This document shows positions 1-9,230 of a DNA stretch of 48,626 nucleotides, in pieces. Every line of letters starts with the position of its first letter. Positions within the stretch are counted from its first letter, which is position 1. The stretch is from contig JBBQJN010000001.1 in assembly GCA_038325945.1 (NCBI GenBank), forward strand, positions 1 to 48,626, given 5' to 3'. The translations under genes and the position numbers were made by a program. The stretch comes from Burkholderiales bacterium. GTDB lineage: Bacteria; Pseudomonadota; Gammaproteobacteria; Burkholderiales; Burkholderiaceae_C. Under the pieces are notes generated by a model. That model saw only the letters and a program-made list of their open reading frames with translations. It was not told the DNA's origin and ran no database searches.

Positions 1-1
1 C

Positions 2-988
2 GATGCCACCGGCTACGGCCGCATCCTGCGCTCGGGTGACGCCCATGGCGGCCGCGTGCTGGGCATCGTCGAGCACAAGGATGCGACACCCAGGCAGCGC
101 GAGATTCGCGAGGTCTACACCGGCATGATGGCCGCGCCCACTGCGGCGCTCAAGCGCTGGGTGGCCGCGCTGAGCAACGACAACGCCCAGGGCGAGTACT
201 ACCTGACCGACATCGTGGCGATGGCGGTGGCCGAAGGTGTGCCGGTGGTGGCCAGCCATGCGGCCGACGAGACCGAGGTGCTGGGTGTCAACAGCCCGCT
301 GCAATTGGCCGAGTTGGAGCGGCGCTTCCAGCTGCGCCAGGCCGAGGTGCTGATGGAGACCGGCGTGCGCCTGGCCGACCCGGCGCGCTTTGACCTGCGC
401 GGCCAGCTGACGACGGGCGAGGATGTCGAGATCGACGTCGGCTGCATCTTCGAGGGCGAGGTGCAGCTGGGCGATGGCGTGCGCATCGGCGCGCACTGCG
501 TGATCCGCGATGCGCGCATCGCCGCCGGCGCGGTGATTCACCCCTTCAGCCACATCGAGGGCGCCACGGTGGGCGCGGGCTCGCTGGTGGGCCCGTTTGC
601 CCGTCTGCGGCCGGGCGCCGAACTCGGCGAAGAGGTGCACATCGGCAACTTTGTCGAGGTCAAGAATTCGACGCTGGCCAAAGGCGCCAAGGCCAACCAC
701 CTGGCCTACCTGGGCGACGCCACGGTGGGCGAGCGGGTCAACTACGGCGCCGGCAGCATCACCGCCAACTACGACGGCGCCAACAAGCACCGCACGGTGA
801 TCGGCGACGACGTGCACATCGGCAGCAACTGCGTGCTGATTGCGCCGGTAAGCATCGGCCCCGGCGGCACCGTGGGCGGCGGCAGCACCATCAGCAAAGA
901 CACGCCGGCCGGTCAGCTCAGCGTGGCGCGGGGCAAGCAGGTGGTGATCGCTGGCTGGAAACGGCCGGTCAAGGCGCTGAAGCGCTGA
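2..988 (+). CDS. glmU: Bifunctional UDP-N-acetylglucosamine pyrophosphorylase / glucosamine-1-phosphate N-acetyltransferase (5' end outside window)
   Basis: Frame open from window start (DATGYGRI..). Motifs [21 protein letters not shown], hexapeptide repeats, GNFVEVK, HLAYLGD, NYDGANK. Confidence 0.97.
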   Translation, partial: DATGYGRILRSGDAHGGRVLGIVEHKDATPRQREIREVYTGMMAAPTAALKRWVAALSNDNAQGEYYLTDIVAMAVAEGVPVVASHAADETEVLGVNSPLQLAELERRFQLRQAEVLMETGVRLADPARFDLRGQLTTGEDVEIDVGCIFEGEVQLGDGVRIGAHCVIRDARIAAGAVIHPFSHIEGATVGAGSLVGPFARLRPGAELGEEVHIGNFVEVKNSTLAKGAKANHLAYLGDATVGERVNYGAGSITANYDGANKHRTVIGDDVHIGSNCVLIAPVSIGPGGTVGGGSTISKDTPAGQLSVARGKQVVIAGWKRPVKALKR

Positions 989-997
989 AGCGCTGAA
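974..997 (+). repeat. 8-bp unit GCGCTGAA x3 spanning the glmU stop
   Basis: Copies at 974, 982, 990; TGA at 978, 986, 994. Confidence 0.9.
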
Positions 998-1047
998 AAG
1001 CTGAGCCGCAGCAGCAGCGCGCTGCGGTCCCCAAGCCCGACAGGCTC

Positions 1048-1941
1048 CTAGGATGCCTCCAGCAACTGCGCCGCCAGGCACAGGTCGTCCCAGGCTCGGG
1101 CCTTGTCGGCGCCTTGTCGCAGCAGGTAAGCCGGGTCGTAACTGACCACCAGCGGCACACCTTGCCAGCGGTGCACCTGGCCGCGCAAACGCCCGAGCGG
1201 GGCGTCGCTGCCCAGCAGGGCCTGCACCGCAACATGGCCCAGCGCCAGGATCACCCGCGGCTGCACCAGCGCCACCTGCCGCAGAAGGAAGGGCTGGCAG
1301 GCGGCGATGTCGGCGGCCGAGGGCTTGCGATGGCGCGGCGGCCGGCACTTCAGCGCGTTGGTGATGAAGACCTGGCGCTCGGCCAGCGCCGGCTCGCGGC
1401 CCAGGCCCAGCGCGGCCAGCATGCGGTTGAGCAACTGGCCGGCGGCGCCGACAAAGGGTTCGCCGCCTTGGTCCTCTTGCGCGCCGGGCGCCTCGCCGAT
1501 CACCATCAGCCGCGCGCGCAAGTGGCCAACGCCAAACACCGTCTGCTGGCGGCCTGCGCACAAACCGCAGGCCTGGCAGCCGGCCACCGCGTCGCGCAGC
1601 GCCGGCCAGTCCATCGTGGCCGCAGCCGAGCCCGTGCTGCCTGCGCCCGGTGGCTGTGGCGGCAGGCGGGCGACGGGCGACGCCAGGGCCGGCGCCTTCA
1701 GTGCGGCCGGCTTGGCGGCCGGCCTGGCGGCGGGCTCAGCCACGGCGGCAGCCGGGCTGGCGGTGGCGGCTGCTGCGCGTACAGCGGCCAGGGTGATGTC
1801 AAGGGCTGGGCTGGCAGCGGGCACGCTCATGCTCGGTTCGGCGGCCGGCGCTGCGGCGAGTTCGCTGGCGGGCTCCGCCGGCAGCCACAGCCGCAGGCCC
1901 ATTTCGCGCAGCATGGCCTGCTGCCGGTCGCTCCAACGCAT
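1048..1941 (-). CDS. Uracil-DNA glycosylase family 4 (Fe-S), with Ala/Pro-rich N-terminal linker
   Basis: CxxCxLC, motif A IGEAPG..ED..GEPFVG, NALKCRPP; motif B reads YDPAYLLR. Follows rimI as in related genomes. Confidence 0.92.
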   Translation of the reverse strand: MRWSDRQQAMLREMGLRLWLPAEPASELAAAPAAEPSMSVPAASPALDITLAAVRAAAATASPAAAVAEPAARPAAKPAALKAPALASPVARLPPQPPGAGSTGSAAATMDWPALRDAVAGCQACGLCAGRQQTVFGVGHLRARLMVIGEAPGAQEDQGGEPFVGAAGQLLNRMLAALGLGREPALAERQVFITNALKCRPPRHRKPSAADIAACQPFLLRQVALVQPRVILALGHVAVQALLGSDAPLGRLRGQVHRWQGVPLVVSYDPAYLLRQGADKARAWDDLCLAAQLLEAS

Positions 1942-2558
1942 CAGGCCGCGCCGCCGTCAGGCGCGTCCAGGCGCAGACGCATCACCACCGCGTCTTCGCG
2001 CCGCAGACTGTCCGCCGGGTAATAGTTGCGACGCAGGCCGACCTCGTCGAATCCGGCGGCGGCGTACAGCGCGCGGGCGCCCAGGTTGCCATCACGCACC
2101 TCCAAAAACAGCGAGGCATCACCGCGCCGCCGCGACCAGCCGACCAGACCGGCCAGCAGCGCTGCGCCGATGCCGGCGCGCTGGCATGCGGGACGCACCG
2201 TCAGGTTCAGCAGGTGCGTCTCGCGGTGCCCCGGCAGCGCCACGCAATAGCCGACCAACTCGGCTTGCGCATCGTGCTTGAGCCAGGCCAGGTAGCCGGC
2301 GGCAAGCGAGTCGATGAAATTTCCGCGTGTCCAAGGATGGCCGTAAGCGGTCTGCTCGATCGCCAGCACGGCGTCGATATCGGCCGCCACCATGGCCCGC
2401 AGCCCCGGTGGCATGTCGAGTGGTGTGCCGCCAGACAGCGGCGAGTCTGTTATCGGCAGGCCCGGGAGGGTGCGCGTGGCGGCTTGCTGGGCACCGCCAG
2501 ACAGCAGGGCGTCGGGCGCGAGCCCGCTGTGCGCCGGTTGGGCCTGCGACGCACTCAT
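1941..2558 (-). CDS. rimI: Ribosomal protein S18-alanine N-acetyltransferase
   Basis: IEQTAYGHPW, THLLNLTV, LFLEVRDGN, GLRRNYY..REDAVVM. ATG at 2558 overlaps the tsaB stop (ATGA); a start further downstream is possible. Confidence 0.9.
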   Translation of the reverse strand: MSASQAQPAHSGLAPDALLSGGAQQAATRTLPGLPITDSPLSGGTPLDMPPGLRAMVAADIDAVLAIEQTAYGHPWTRGNFIDSLAAGYLAWLKHDAQAELVGYCVALPGHRETHLLNLTVRPACQRAGIGAALLAGLVGWSRRRGDASLFLEVRDGNLGARALYAAAGFDEVGLRRNYYPADSLRREDAVVMRLRLDAPDGGAA

Positions 2559-3301
2559 GGCGCAGCCAGCGCCGCACGCTGGGCCAGCCGCTCGGCGGTG
2601 GTCTGGGCCACCTTGTTGCGCAGGTAGATCGGCATCGCCTGCTCGGCCGGCAGGGTCCGACCGTCGGCCCAGGCCGCCTCGGCCAGCCGCAGCAGCGCGG
2701 CAGCACGGTCCTGACAAACTGGCCAGCACTCAGCCGGGCCCCAGGGCAGGCGCCCGGCAAAAGCGGCCAGGGCCGAACCCGCCACGCGCGGCGGTGGCGC
2801 GGCCTGCCAGGCTTCGGCCAGCGCGGCCAAGGTCCACAGCTGGGGCTCGGTAGCGGTTTGCCAACCGGTTTGCCAACCGTCCGACTGGTGCTGGTAGGCG
2901 CCGGCATAGACCTCGTCCATGCGGGCATCCATCGCCACCCACCACAGGCCGTCGCCGTCGTCCGCGCCGCTGTCGACGGCTTGCTGGCGGGCGTCCTCGG
3001 CCACGATCAGCAGGCTGTCGATGGCCAGCACCGGCGTGTCGTGCGCAAAAGCCAGGCCTTGTGCCACGGCGCAGGCGGTGCGCAAGCCGGTGAAGGCGCC
3101 CGGCCCCTGGCCGTAGGCGACCGCCTGCAACTGCGCCATCGTCAGGCCGGCGCGGTTCAGCAACGTCAGCAGCAGCGGCAGCAGCCGCGCCGACGCCAAC
3201 TTGCCGCCGGCCTCGTTGACATGCCAGCGGCCCGTCGGCGCCAGCAACGCGGCGGCGATCACTTCGGTGGCCGTGTCGAGGGCAAGCAGGCTGGGTTTCA
3301 T
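2555..3301 (-). CDS. tsaB: tRNA threonylcarbamoyladenosine biosynthesis protein TsaB
   Basis: LLALDTAT, GQGPGAFTGLR, MDARMDEVY, PIYLR. Start set at ATG 3301 (MKPSLLALD). Confidence 0.95.
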   Translation of the reverse strand: MKPSLLALDTATEVIAAALLAPTGRWHVNEAGGKLASARLLPLLLTLLNRAGLTMAQLQAVAYGQGPGAFTGLRTACAVAQGLAFAHDTPVLAIDSLLIVAEDARQQAVDSGADDGDGLWWVAMDARMDEVYAGAYQHQSDGWQTGWQTATEPQLWTLAALAEAWQAAPPPRVAGSALAAFAGRLPWGPAECWPVCQDRAAALLRLAEAAWADGRTLPAEQAMPIYLRNKVAQTTAERLAQRAALAAP

Positions 3302-3330
3302 GGTGGGCAACGAGTGTAGCGGCCGGCCTG

Positions 3331-3382
3331 TCAGCACGCCGAATCAGCACGCCGAATCAGCGTGCCGAGTCAGCGCGCCGAG
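3331..3382. repeat. 13-bp tandem repeat x4 (TCAGCACGCCGAA, degenerating)
   Basis: Copies at 3331, 3344, 3357, 3370. Confidence 0.9.
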
Positions 3383-3405
3383 CTGTCAACGCAAGTTAGC
3401 AGTGT

Positions 3406-3459
3406 CCTGATGGCCCTGATGGCCCTGATAGCCCTGATAGCCCTGATGGCCCTGATGGC
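3406..3459. repeat. 9-bp tandem repeat x6 (CCTGATRGC)
   Basis: Six consecutive copies read directly from the sequence. Confidence 0.92.
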
Positions 3460-3491
3460 GCAGAGAGCGATGGCCTCTTGCTGGGCGGCAG

Positions 3492-3638
3492 GTGACCGAG
3501 GCGGGCGTGCTGCTGTGGTTGCTGTATGGCCTGGCGCTGGGCGAATGGCCGATCATCGTGGCCAATGCCATCACCTTGGGGCTGGCGGCCACCATCCTGC
3601 TGCGCACCTGGCGATCACGCCGACGGCCAGGCGGCTGA
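3492..3638 (+). pseudogene. C-terminal remnant of a SemiSWEET (MtN3/PQ-loop) sugar transporter
   Basis: Manual translation VTEAGVLLWLLYGLALGEWPIIVANAITLGLAATILLRTWRSRRRPGG*. It shows the LWxxYG...PIIxAN signature of TM2-TM3. There is no PQ-containing TM1, and an in-frame TGA lies upstream at 3453. Confidence 0.7.
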
Positions 3639-3801
3639 CGCCGTCGAACCGTCACTTGCTGCGCGGCGGCAGCGCCTGGCGCTGGCAAATCGGGCCGGGC
3701 CAGCGGCTTTACAACCGGGTCGAGCTACGGCCCAGGCCGGTGCCGCTGTGCTTCATGTGGACGTGTTCCATGATTCGGTGCGCGGCCCCGTGTCATGAAA
3801 C

Positions 3802-4794
3802 TTAGAACGGGTTGTTGACCGCCAGCGCCAGCACCTGCTGGCCGATGCGACTATGGGCATCCGGGCCCAGGTGGCGGTCGTCCGCCCACAGGTGGGTGTT
3901 GGTGCTTGCGCCAGTGACCAGCGTGGTGGTCAGCACATCGTCGGTAAGCACGCAGTCCTTGGCCGATACGGTGGTGCAGGCCGCGACATCGACCGCTGAA
4001 GGCGAAGCCAGGAACGCATTCGGCTCCTTGGCCATCGCCGCAACGATGTCATCGGCCGGCACCAGGCCCCAGTAGCGGCCGTCATTGGGCTCGACGTTGG
4101 TGCGCAGGCTGCCGTTGAGCGCATAGCCCAGCTCCGACAGCAGCGTAGCGGCGCCGGCAAAGATCAGGCCCTGCGCCTTGGCATAGGGGCTGGACTGGAA
4201 ATCAGGCGCAGTCACCACAATGGCTCTTGCGCCGGTGGTCAGCAGGCCGCTGACGATGCTGGCCGCGCGGCGGCCGCGGGCACTGGCTTCAGCCAATGCG
4301 GCGGCGCGGCTCAGGCTGCCGTCACGCACCTGCTCGTAGAGCGCAATGATGTCGTTGCCGCCGATCATCACCGAGACCATGTCGGTGGCACCCAGGCCGG
4401 CCACGCCGGCGATCTGCGCCGCCAGCCCGCTTACCGGGTCATCGATGCGTGCTCCCACCACCGCATGCACAAAAGCAGTGGGCGGGGCAGCAGTCGGGTT
4501 GCATGCGGCGAAGGCCATGCCGTAGTACGAGGCCATCGACTGCGTGAAAATCGGCAGGTTGAGGCACTTGCCGACGGCCGTGCCGCGACGATCATTGATG
4601 GTGTAACGAAAACCGTCGTTGCTGCCATCGTTGACGATCACGCTGTTTTCGTCGCCCAGCGCGATCAAGCGCAGCGGCTTGAACGGTTCCACCTGCGAGG
4701 TGCCGCCGCCGCAGGCGCTCAGCAAGGCTGCCGACAAGGCCACCGGGGCCAGCACACAGGCGCCGAGGCGGCGCAGCTCACGAAGAAGAGTCAT
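3802..4794 (-). CDS. SGNH/GDSL-fold lipoprotein (esterase-like)
   Basis: Lipobox LLSAC; block I-like ALGDENS, block III GGND, block V WADDRH. Confidence 0.75.
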   Translation of the reverse strand: MTLLRELRRLGACVLAPVALSAALLSACGGGTSQVEPFKPLRLIALGDENSVIVNDGSNDGFRYTINDRRGTAVGKCLNLPIFTQSMASYYGMAFAACNPTAAPPTAFVHAVVGARIDDPVSGLAAQIAGVAGLGATDMVSVMIGGNDIIALYEQVRDGSLSRAAALAEASARGRRAASIVSGLLTTGARAIVVTAPDFQSSPYAKAQGLIFAGAATLLSELGYALNGSLRTNVEPNDGRYWGLVPADDIVAAMAKEPNAFLASPSAVDVAACTTVSAKDCVLTDDVLTTTLVTGASTNTHLWADDRHLGPDAHSRIGQQVLALAVNNPF

Positions 4795-4856
4795 CAATAG
4801 TCCATCAAACATCAAACATCAAACATCGAACAGGGATCCAGGGCGGGGTGCCGGGG

Positions 4857-4875
4857 TCAGGGTTCAGGGTTCAGC
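4857..4875 (-). repeat. 7-bp period repeat (TGAACCC on minus strand) giving three TGA codons at the tsaC stop
   Basis: TCA on plus strand at 4857, 4864, 4871. An adjacent CATCAAA x3 repeat lies at ~4803-4823. Confidence 0.8.
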
Positions 4876-5850
4876 GGTTGCCGCCCTGCGGAGCCGGTCA
4901 AGCACCCCTTCCCAGGCGGCATTTTCGGGCGGTTGTTCGACCCAGATCTCGGTTGCGCCTTCGCCGTCCAATTGGCGGATCACAGCAAACAATTCATGGG
5001 CCATGGTCGCCGGATCGTCGGGCATCCGGTGCCAGCGCAGCCCGCTCATTGCACTGCCGGCCCGCCGCGAATATACCGCCAGCCCAGCGGGCAACGTTGC
5101 TGCTGGGTGAAGTGCAGCGTCCAACGCAGCCGCCGGCAACAGCCGCAGCCGCGCCCTGGGTGCGTAGTGCGAGGCCAGCGTGCCGGGCGCACGAGGGGCC
5201 GATTCATCCGGGCTGAGCAAGGCCTGGCCGATCACCGCCTTGAGTTGATCGCGGCCGAGCACACCCGGGCGCAGCAGCACGGCCGCGCCACGGCTGCAGT
5301 CGACGATGCTCGATTCGATGCCCAGCGCGCAGTCGCCGCCATCGAGCAGCCACAGCGCATCGCCGAACTCCTCAGCCACATGGGCGGCGCTGGTTGGGCT
5401 GACATGGCCAAAGCGGTTGGCGCTGGGCGCGGCGACGCCGGGCACGCCCAGCGCTGCGGCGCGCCGCAGCAGCGCTTGCGCCACCGGGTGTGCAGGGCAG
5501 CGCAGGCCGATGCTGGCCTGGCCGCCGGCCGCCGCGCTGGCCACACCGGCCGCGCGCGGCACGATCACCGTCACCGGGCCCGGCCAAAAGGCCTGCATCA
5601 GGCGGCGGGCCACCGGCGGCAGCTCGGCGGCAAAAAACGCTGCCTGCTCGGGGCCGGCGACATGCACGATCAGCGGGTGCTCGGCCGGTCGGCCCTTGGC
5701 GGCAAAGATCGCGGCCACTGCGGTGGCGTCATCAGCGCGTGCGCCCAGGCCGTAGACGGTCTCGGTGGGAAAGGCCACCAGCGCGCCATCGGCCAGGCGC
5801 TGCGCAGCGGCGTCCAGCGCGGCGGTGGCGTCACCGGCAAACAAGGGCAT
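4864..5850 (-). CDS. tsaC: L-threonylcarbamoyladenylate synthase (Sua5-type, with C-terminal SUA5 domain)
   Basis: VAFPTETVYGLGA, KGRP..HPLIVH, FWPGP, APSAN, APG.LASHYAP, DRLRRAA. Start ATG 5850. Confidence 0.95.
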   Translation of the reverse strand: MPLFAGDATAALDAAAQRLADGALVAFPTETVYGLGARADDATAVAAIFAAKGRPAEHPLIVHVAGPEQAAFFAAELPPVARRLMQAFWPGPVTVIVPRAAGVASAAAGGQASIGLRCPAHPVAQALLRRAAALGVPGVAAPSANRFGHVSPTSAAHVAEEFGDALWLLDGGDCALGIESSIVDCSRGAAVLLRPGVLGRDQLKAVIGQALLSPDESAPRAPGTLASHYAPRARLRLLPAAALDAALHPAATLPAGLAVYSRRAGSAMSGLRWHRMPDDPATMAHELFAVIRQLDGEGATEIWVEQPPENAAWEGVLDRLRRAATAEP

Positions 5851-5858
5851 CGCCGGGC

Positions 5859-7022
5859 TCAGAATGCCGGCAGGCCAAGCAGCGCCGCGGCTTGCAGCGC
5901 GGTGGCGCGGGCAACTTCCGGCGTGGCAGCGGTCACCGTCAAGTGGCCCATCTTGCGGCCGGGCCGCGGGCTGCTCTTGCCGTAGAGGTGCAGGTGCACA
6001 CCCGCCAAGGCCAACACGGCATCCCAGGGCGGGGTCTGCTCTGCGCCGCCGGCCGGAAACCACAGGTCGCCCAGCAGGTTGAGCATCACCGCGGCCGAAT
6101 GCTGGCGCGGGCTCACCAGCGGCAAGCCGGTGAGGGCACGCACCTGCAGCCCAAACTGGCTGATATCGGCGCCATCAACCGACCAATGGCCCGAGTTGTG
6201 CGGTCGTGGCGCCATCTCGTTGGCCACCAGGCGGCCATCAGCCAGCACAAAGAATTCGACGCAGAGCACGCCGACATAGGCCATGGCTTCGGCCAGCGCT
6301 GCGGCGGCATCGCCGGCCTGCAGTTGCAGTGCGGCCGAGGCGTCAGGCGCCGGCACCTGGGTGACGGCCAGGATACCGTCGCGGTGCAGGTTCTGCTGCA
6401 CCGGCAGGCGCACCACCTGGCCATCGGCACCGCGCGCCACCACCACGCTGAGCTCCAGCGCCAGTGCCAGCTGTTGCTCCAGCACGCAGGGCACCTGGCC
6501 GAGTTGAGCCCAGGCTGCGGCCAGCGCCGCGCGGTCGGCCACCCGCACCTGACCCTTGCCGTCATAGCCCATGCGGTTGGTCTTGAGGATCCCTGGCAGC
6601 AGATCGTCGGGCACGGCGGCCAAGCGCTCGGCGCTGTCGATCAGCGCATACGGCGCGCAAGGCACGCCGCAGCGGCGGAACTCGGCTTTCTCGGCGGCGC
6701 GGTTCTGGCAGGTCGCCACCGCGTCGGCGTTGGGCGCCACCGGCCGCTGTGCGCCCAGCGTCACCAGGGCACCGGCGGGCACGTTCTCGAACTCGGTGGT
6801 GATGGCGGCGCTGCGCTGCATCAGTTGCGCCAGGCCTTGCTCGTCAAGGTAGTCGGTGGCGATGTGGTAGTGGGCTACCAGGCCGGCGGGCGAGGCTGGG
6901 TCGGCGTCGAGCACGGCGCTGAAATAGCCCATGGCTTGGGCCGCCTGCACAAACATGCGGCCAAGCTGTCCGCCGCCCATGACACCCAGCGTGGCGCCGG
7001 GCAGGATCGGTTTCTTGCTCAT
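5859..7022 (-). CDS. purK: N5-carboxyaminoimidazole ribonucleotide synthase
   Basis: [46 protein letters not shown]. Confidence 0.97.
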   Translation of the reverse strand: MSKKPILPGATLGVMGGGQLGRMFVQAAQAMGYFSAVLDADPASPAGLVAHYHIATDYLDEQGLAQLMQRSAAITTEFENVPAGALVTLGAQRPVAPNADAVATCQNRAAEKAEFRRCGVPCAPYALIDSAERLAAVPDDLLPGILKTNRMGYDGKGQVRVADRAALAAAWAQLGQVPCVLEQQLALALELSVVVARGADGQVVRLPVQQNLHRDGILAVTQVPAPDASAALQLQAGDAAAALAEAMAYVGVLCVEFFVLADGRLVANEMAPRPHNSGHWSVDGADISQFGLQVRALTGLPLVSPRQHSAAVMLNLLGDLWFPAGGAEQTPPWDAVLALAGVHLHLYGKSSPRPGRKMGHLTVTAATPEVARATALQAAALLGLPAF

Positions 7023-7576
7023 GTCAGGTCCGATGTCATGGCGCGTGCGGCGGCGGTCTGGCGCTCACGGTAGGTATCGAGTTGCTGGCGCAACCCGGCA
7101 TCGCCGGTGGCCAGCATGGCCACCGCAAACAACGCCGCATTGGCCGCGCCCGCCGCGCCGATGGCAAAAGTGGCCACCGGAATGCCCTTGGGCATCATCA
7201 CGATCGAATGCAGTGAATCGACGCCCGACAAGTGCTTGCTGGCCACCGGCACGCCCAGCACCGGCACCGTGGTCTTGGCCGCCAGCATGCCGGGCAGGTG
7301 GGCGGCGCCGCCGGCACCGGCGATGATGGCGCACAGGCCGCGTCCGGCGGCGGCCTCGGCGTAGGCGAACATCTCGTCGGGCATGCGGTGGGCCGAGACG
7401 ACGCGGCATTCGTGCGGCACACCAAACTCGGCGAGAATCTGCGCTGCTTGACGCATCGTTTCCCAGTCGCTCGACGAGCCCATCAGCACACCCACCCGCA
7501 CGCCTGCGTCAGCGCCGCAAGCATCGGCAACGGCCTTGGCGCCGGGGTTCGTGGGCTGTGTTTTACTGGGGTTCAC
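7019..7576 (-). CDS. purE: N5-carboxyaminoimidazole ribonucleotide mutase
   Basis: [40 protein letters not shown]. Start uncertain (GTG 7576 chosen). Confidence 0.96.
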   Translation of the reverse strand: MNPSKTQPTNPGAKAVADACGADAGVRVGVLMGSSSDWETMRQAAQILAEFGVPHECRVVSAHRMPDEMFAYAEAAAGRGLCAIIAGAGGAAHLPGMLAAKTTVPVLGVPVASKHLSGVDSLHSIVMMPKGIPVATFAIGAAGAANAALFAVAMLATGDAGLRQQLDTYRERQTAAARAMTSDLT

Positions 7577-7682
7577 GTCTGACAAGGTGTCGAGGCGCCG
7601 GCAGGTGCAAGAGCATTGAATTGTAGGCGGCAGCCCCCATCTGCCATTGTTCGCCATCCCATCACCCAACGCTGGCCGACCC

Positions 7683-8630
7683 ATGAGTGACATCACCATC
7701 CAGAATTTCGAAGCCGAGTTGATCCAGGCTTCGGCCCAGCAACCCGTGCTGCTCGACATCTGGGCTCCTTGGTGCGGCCCCTGCCGCACGCTGGGCCCGC
7801 TGCTTGAAAAAATCGAGTCAGCCTATGGCGGCCGCTTCAAGCTGGCCAAGCTCAACAGCGACGACCAGCCCGACATCGCCGCGCAACTGAGCCAGGCCTT
7901 TGGCGTGCGCTCGATTCCCTTCTGCGTGATGTTCAAGGACGGCCAGCCGGTGGACGGCTTTGTTGGCGCCCTGCCCGAGGCGCAGATCCGCGAGTTCCTT
8001 GATCGCCATGTGCCCACCGAACAGGCGCTGGAGGCCGAGGCTGACACTGTCGAGGCCGAAGCGCTGGAGGCCGAGGGTGACCTCGATGCCGCGCTCGACA
8101 AGCTGCAGCAGGCGGTGGCGATCGACCCGGCCAACGACGGTGCGCGCAACGAGTATGTCAAGCTGCTGATCGAGACCGGCCGCGTCGCCCAGGCCCGCCA
8201 GGCCTGGCAGCCGGTGGCCAGCAAGGCCTTGGTCGATGCCCGTGTTGCGGCGCTGGGCCTGTGGCTCGATGCCTGTGAAAAGGCGCCCGGCGCACGATCG
8301 CCGCAGGATCTGACCGCCGCCATCGAGACCAATCGGCGCGACTTTGAGGCCCGCTACGAGCTGGCGCAAGGCCTGATGGCGCAAGGCGAGTTCACCGCCG
8401 CGATGGACGCGCTGCTGGAGATCGTGATGCGCGACAAGGCCTGGAACGAGCAACTCGCCCGCAAAACCTATGTCGCCATCCTTGAGCTGATGAGCAAGCC
8501 GGCACCCAAGGCAACGGCCGGCGGCGAGAAGGCCAAGGGCGCGCTCGAACTCACCGGCCGAGTCGCGGTGGCGGCAGGCGACCCGGTGGTCGACCAGTAC
8601 CGCCGCAAGCTGAGCATGGCCTTGTTCTGA
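7683..8630 (+). CDS. cnoX: Thioredoxin-TPR chaperedoxin (YbbN/CnoX family)
   Basis: WAPWCGPC thioredoxin domain, VRSIP, TPR-like C-terminus ending [10 protein letters not shown]. Confidence 0.9.
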   Translation: MSDITIQNFEAELIQASAQQPVLLDIWAPWCGPCRTLGPLLEKIESAYGGRFKLAKLNSDDQPDIAAQLSQAFGVRSIPFCVMFKDGQPVDGFVGALPEAQIREFLDRHVPTEQALEAEADTVEAEALEAEGDLDAALDKLQQAVAIDPANDGARNEYVKLLIETGRVAQARQAWQPVASKALVDARVAALGLWLDACEKAPGARSPQDLTAAIETNRRDFEARYELAQGLMAQGEFTAAMDALLEIVMRDKAWNEQLARKTYVAILELMSKPAPKATAGGEKAKGALELTGRVAVAAGDPVVDQYRRKLSMALF

Positions 8631-8740
8631 TGGCGTGGCGGCCGGCTCACTGCGCTGCGGCGGTGCCCGGTTTCACCCCCGATCTACAATAAACGGTTTG
8701 CCCGCAACCCTGCGGGCGCCCCGTCAACGAGGACTTCCAA

Positions 8741-9082
8741 GTGTTCATTTCCAACGCCTTCGCCCAAGCCGCCCCTGCTGCCGCTGCTGGCGGCGCCGAA
8801 TCGATGTTTGGCTCGCTGGGCCAGCTGCTGCCGCTGGTGCTGATGTTCGTGGTGCTGTACTTCATCATGATCCGCCCGCAGATGAAGCGGCAGAAAGAGC
8901 ACAAGGCCATGATCGACGCGCTGGCCAAGGGCGACGAGGTGGTGGTCGCTGGCGGCGTGATTGGCCGTGTCGCCAAGATGGGCGAGAGCCAGCTGCAGGT
9001 CGAGGTGGCCGACGGTGTTGAGCTGCAAATCCAGCGCAGCGCCGTGGTGCAGGTGCTGCCCAAGGGCACCTTCGGCAAGTGA
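8741..9082 (+). CDS. yajC: Preprotein translocase subunit YajC
   Basis: YFIMIRPQMKRQKEH, GDEVV..GG; precedes secD. Confidence 0.97.
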   Translation: MFISNAFAQAAPAAAAGGAESMFGSLGQLLPLVLMFVVLYFIMIRPQMKRQKEHKAMIDALAKGDEVVVAGGVIGRVAKMGESQLQVEVADGVELQIQRSAVVQVLPKGTFGK

Positions 9083-9230
9083 CGCAGGCCGCGGGCCCGA
9101 GCCGCCCGTTGCCCGCCAGCGGTCGCAACGCGACCGTCAACCCTGACAGGCCCCGGCCTGCTGCCAGGCCGCCGCACCGCCCAGGCCAGCCCGCGCCGGG
9201 CCCGATGGCCGCCGTGCCGAGGAACGCAAG

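Noticed and set aside
2854-2877. 12-bp in-frame duplication in tsaB (WQTG) and duplicated LSGG segment in the rimI N-terminus
   Set aside because: Frame-preserving local duplications in probable loop or disordered regions; no evidence of function beyond this genome's general tendency to short repeats.
3362-3805. 147-aa ORF with ALMALMALI repeats
   Set aside because: The hydrophobic stretch is the translated 9-bp repeat; the recognisable protein signal here is the SemiSWEET fragment in another frame.
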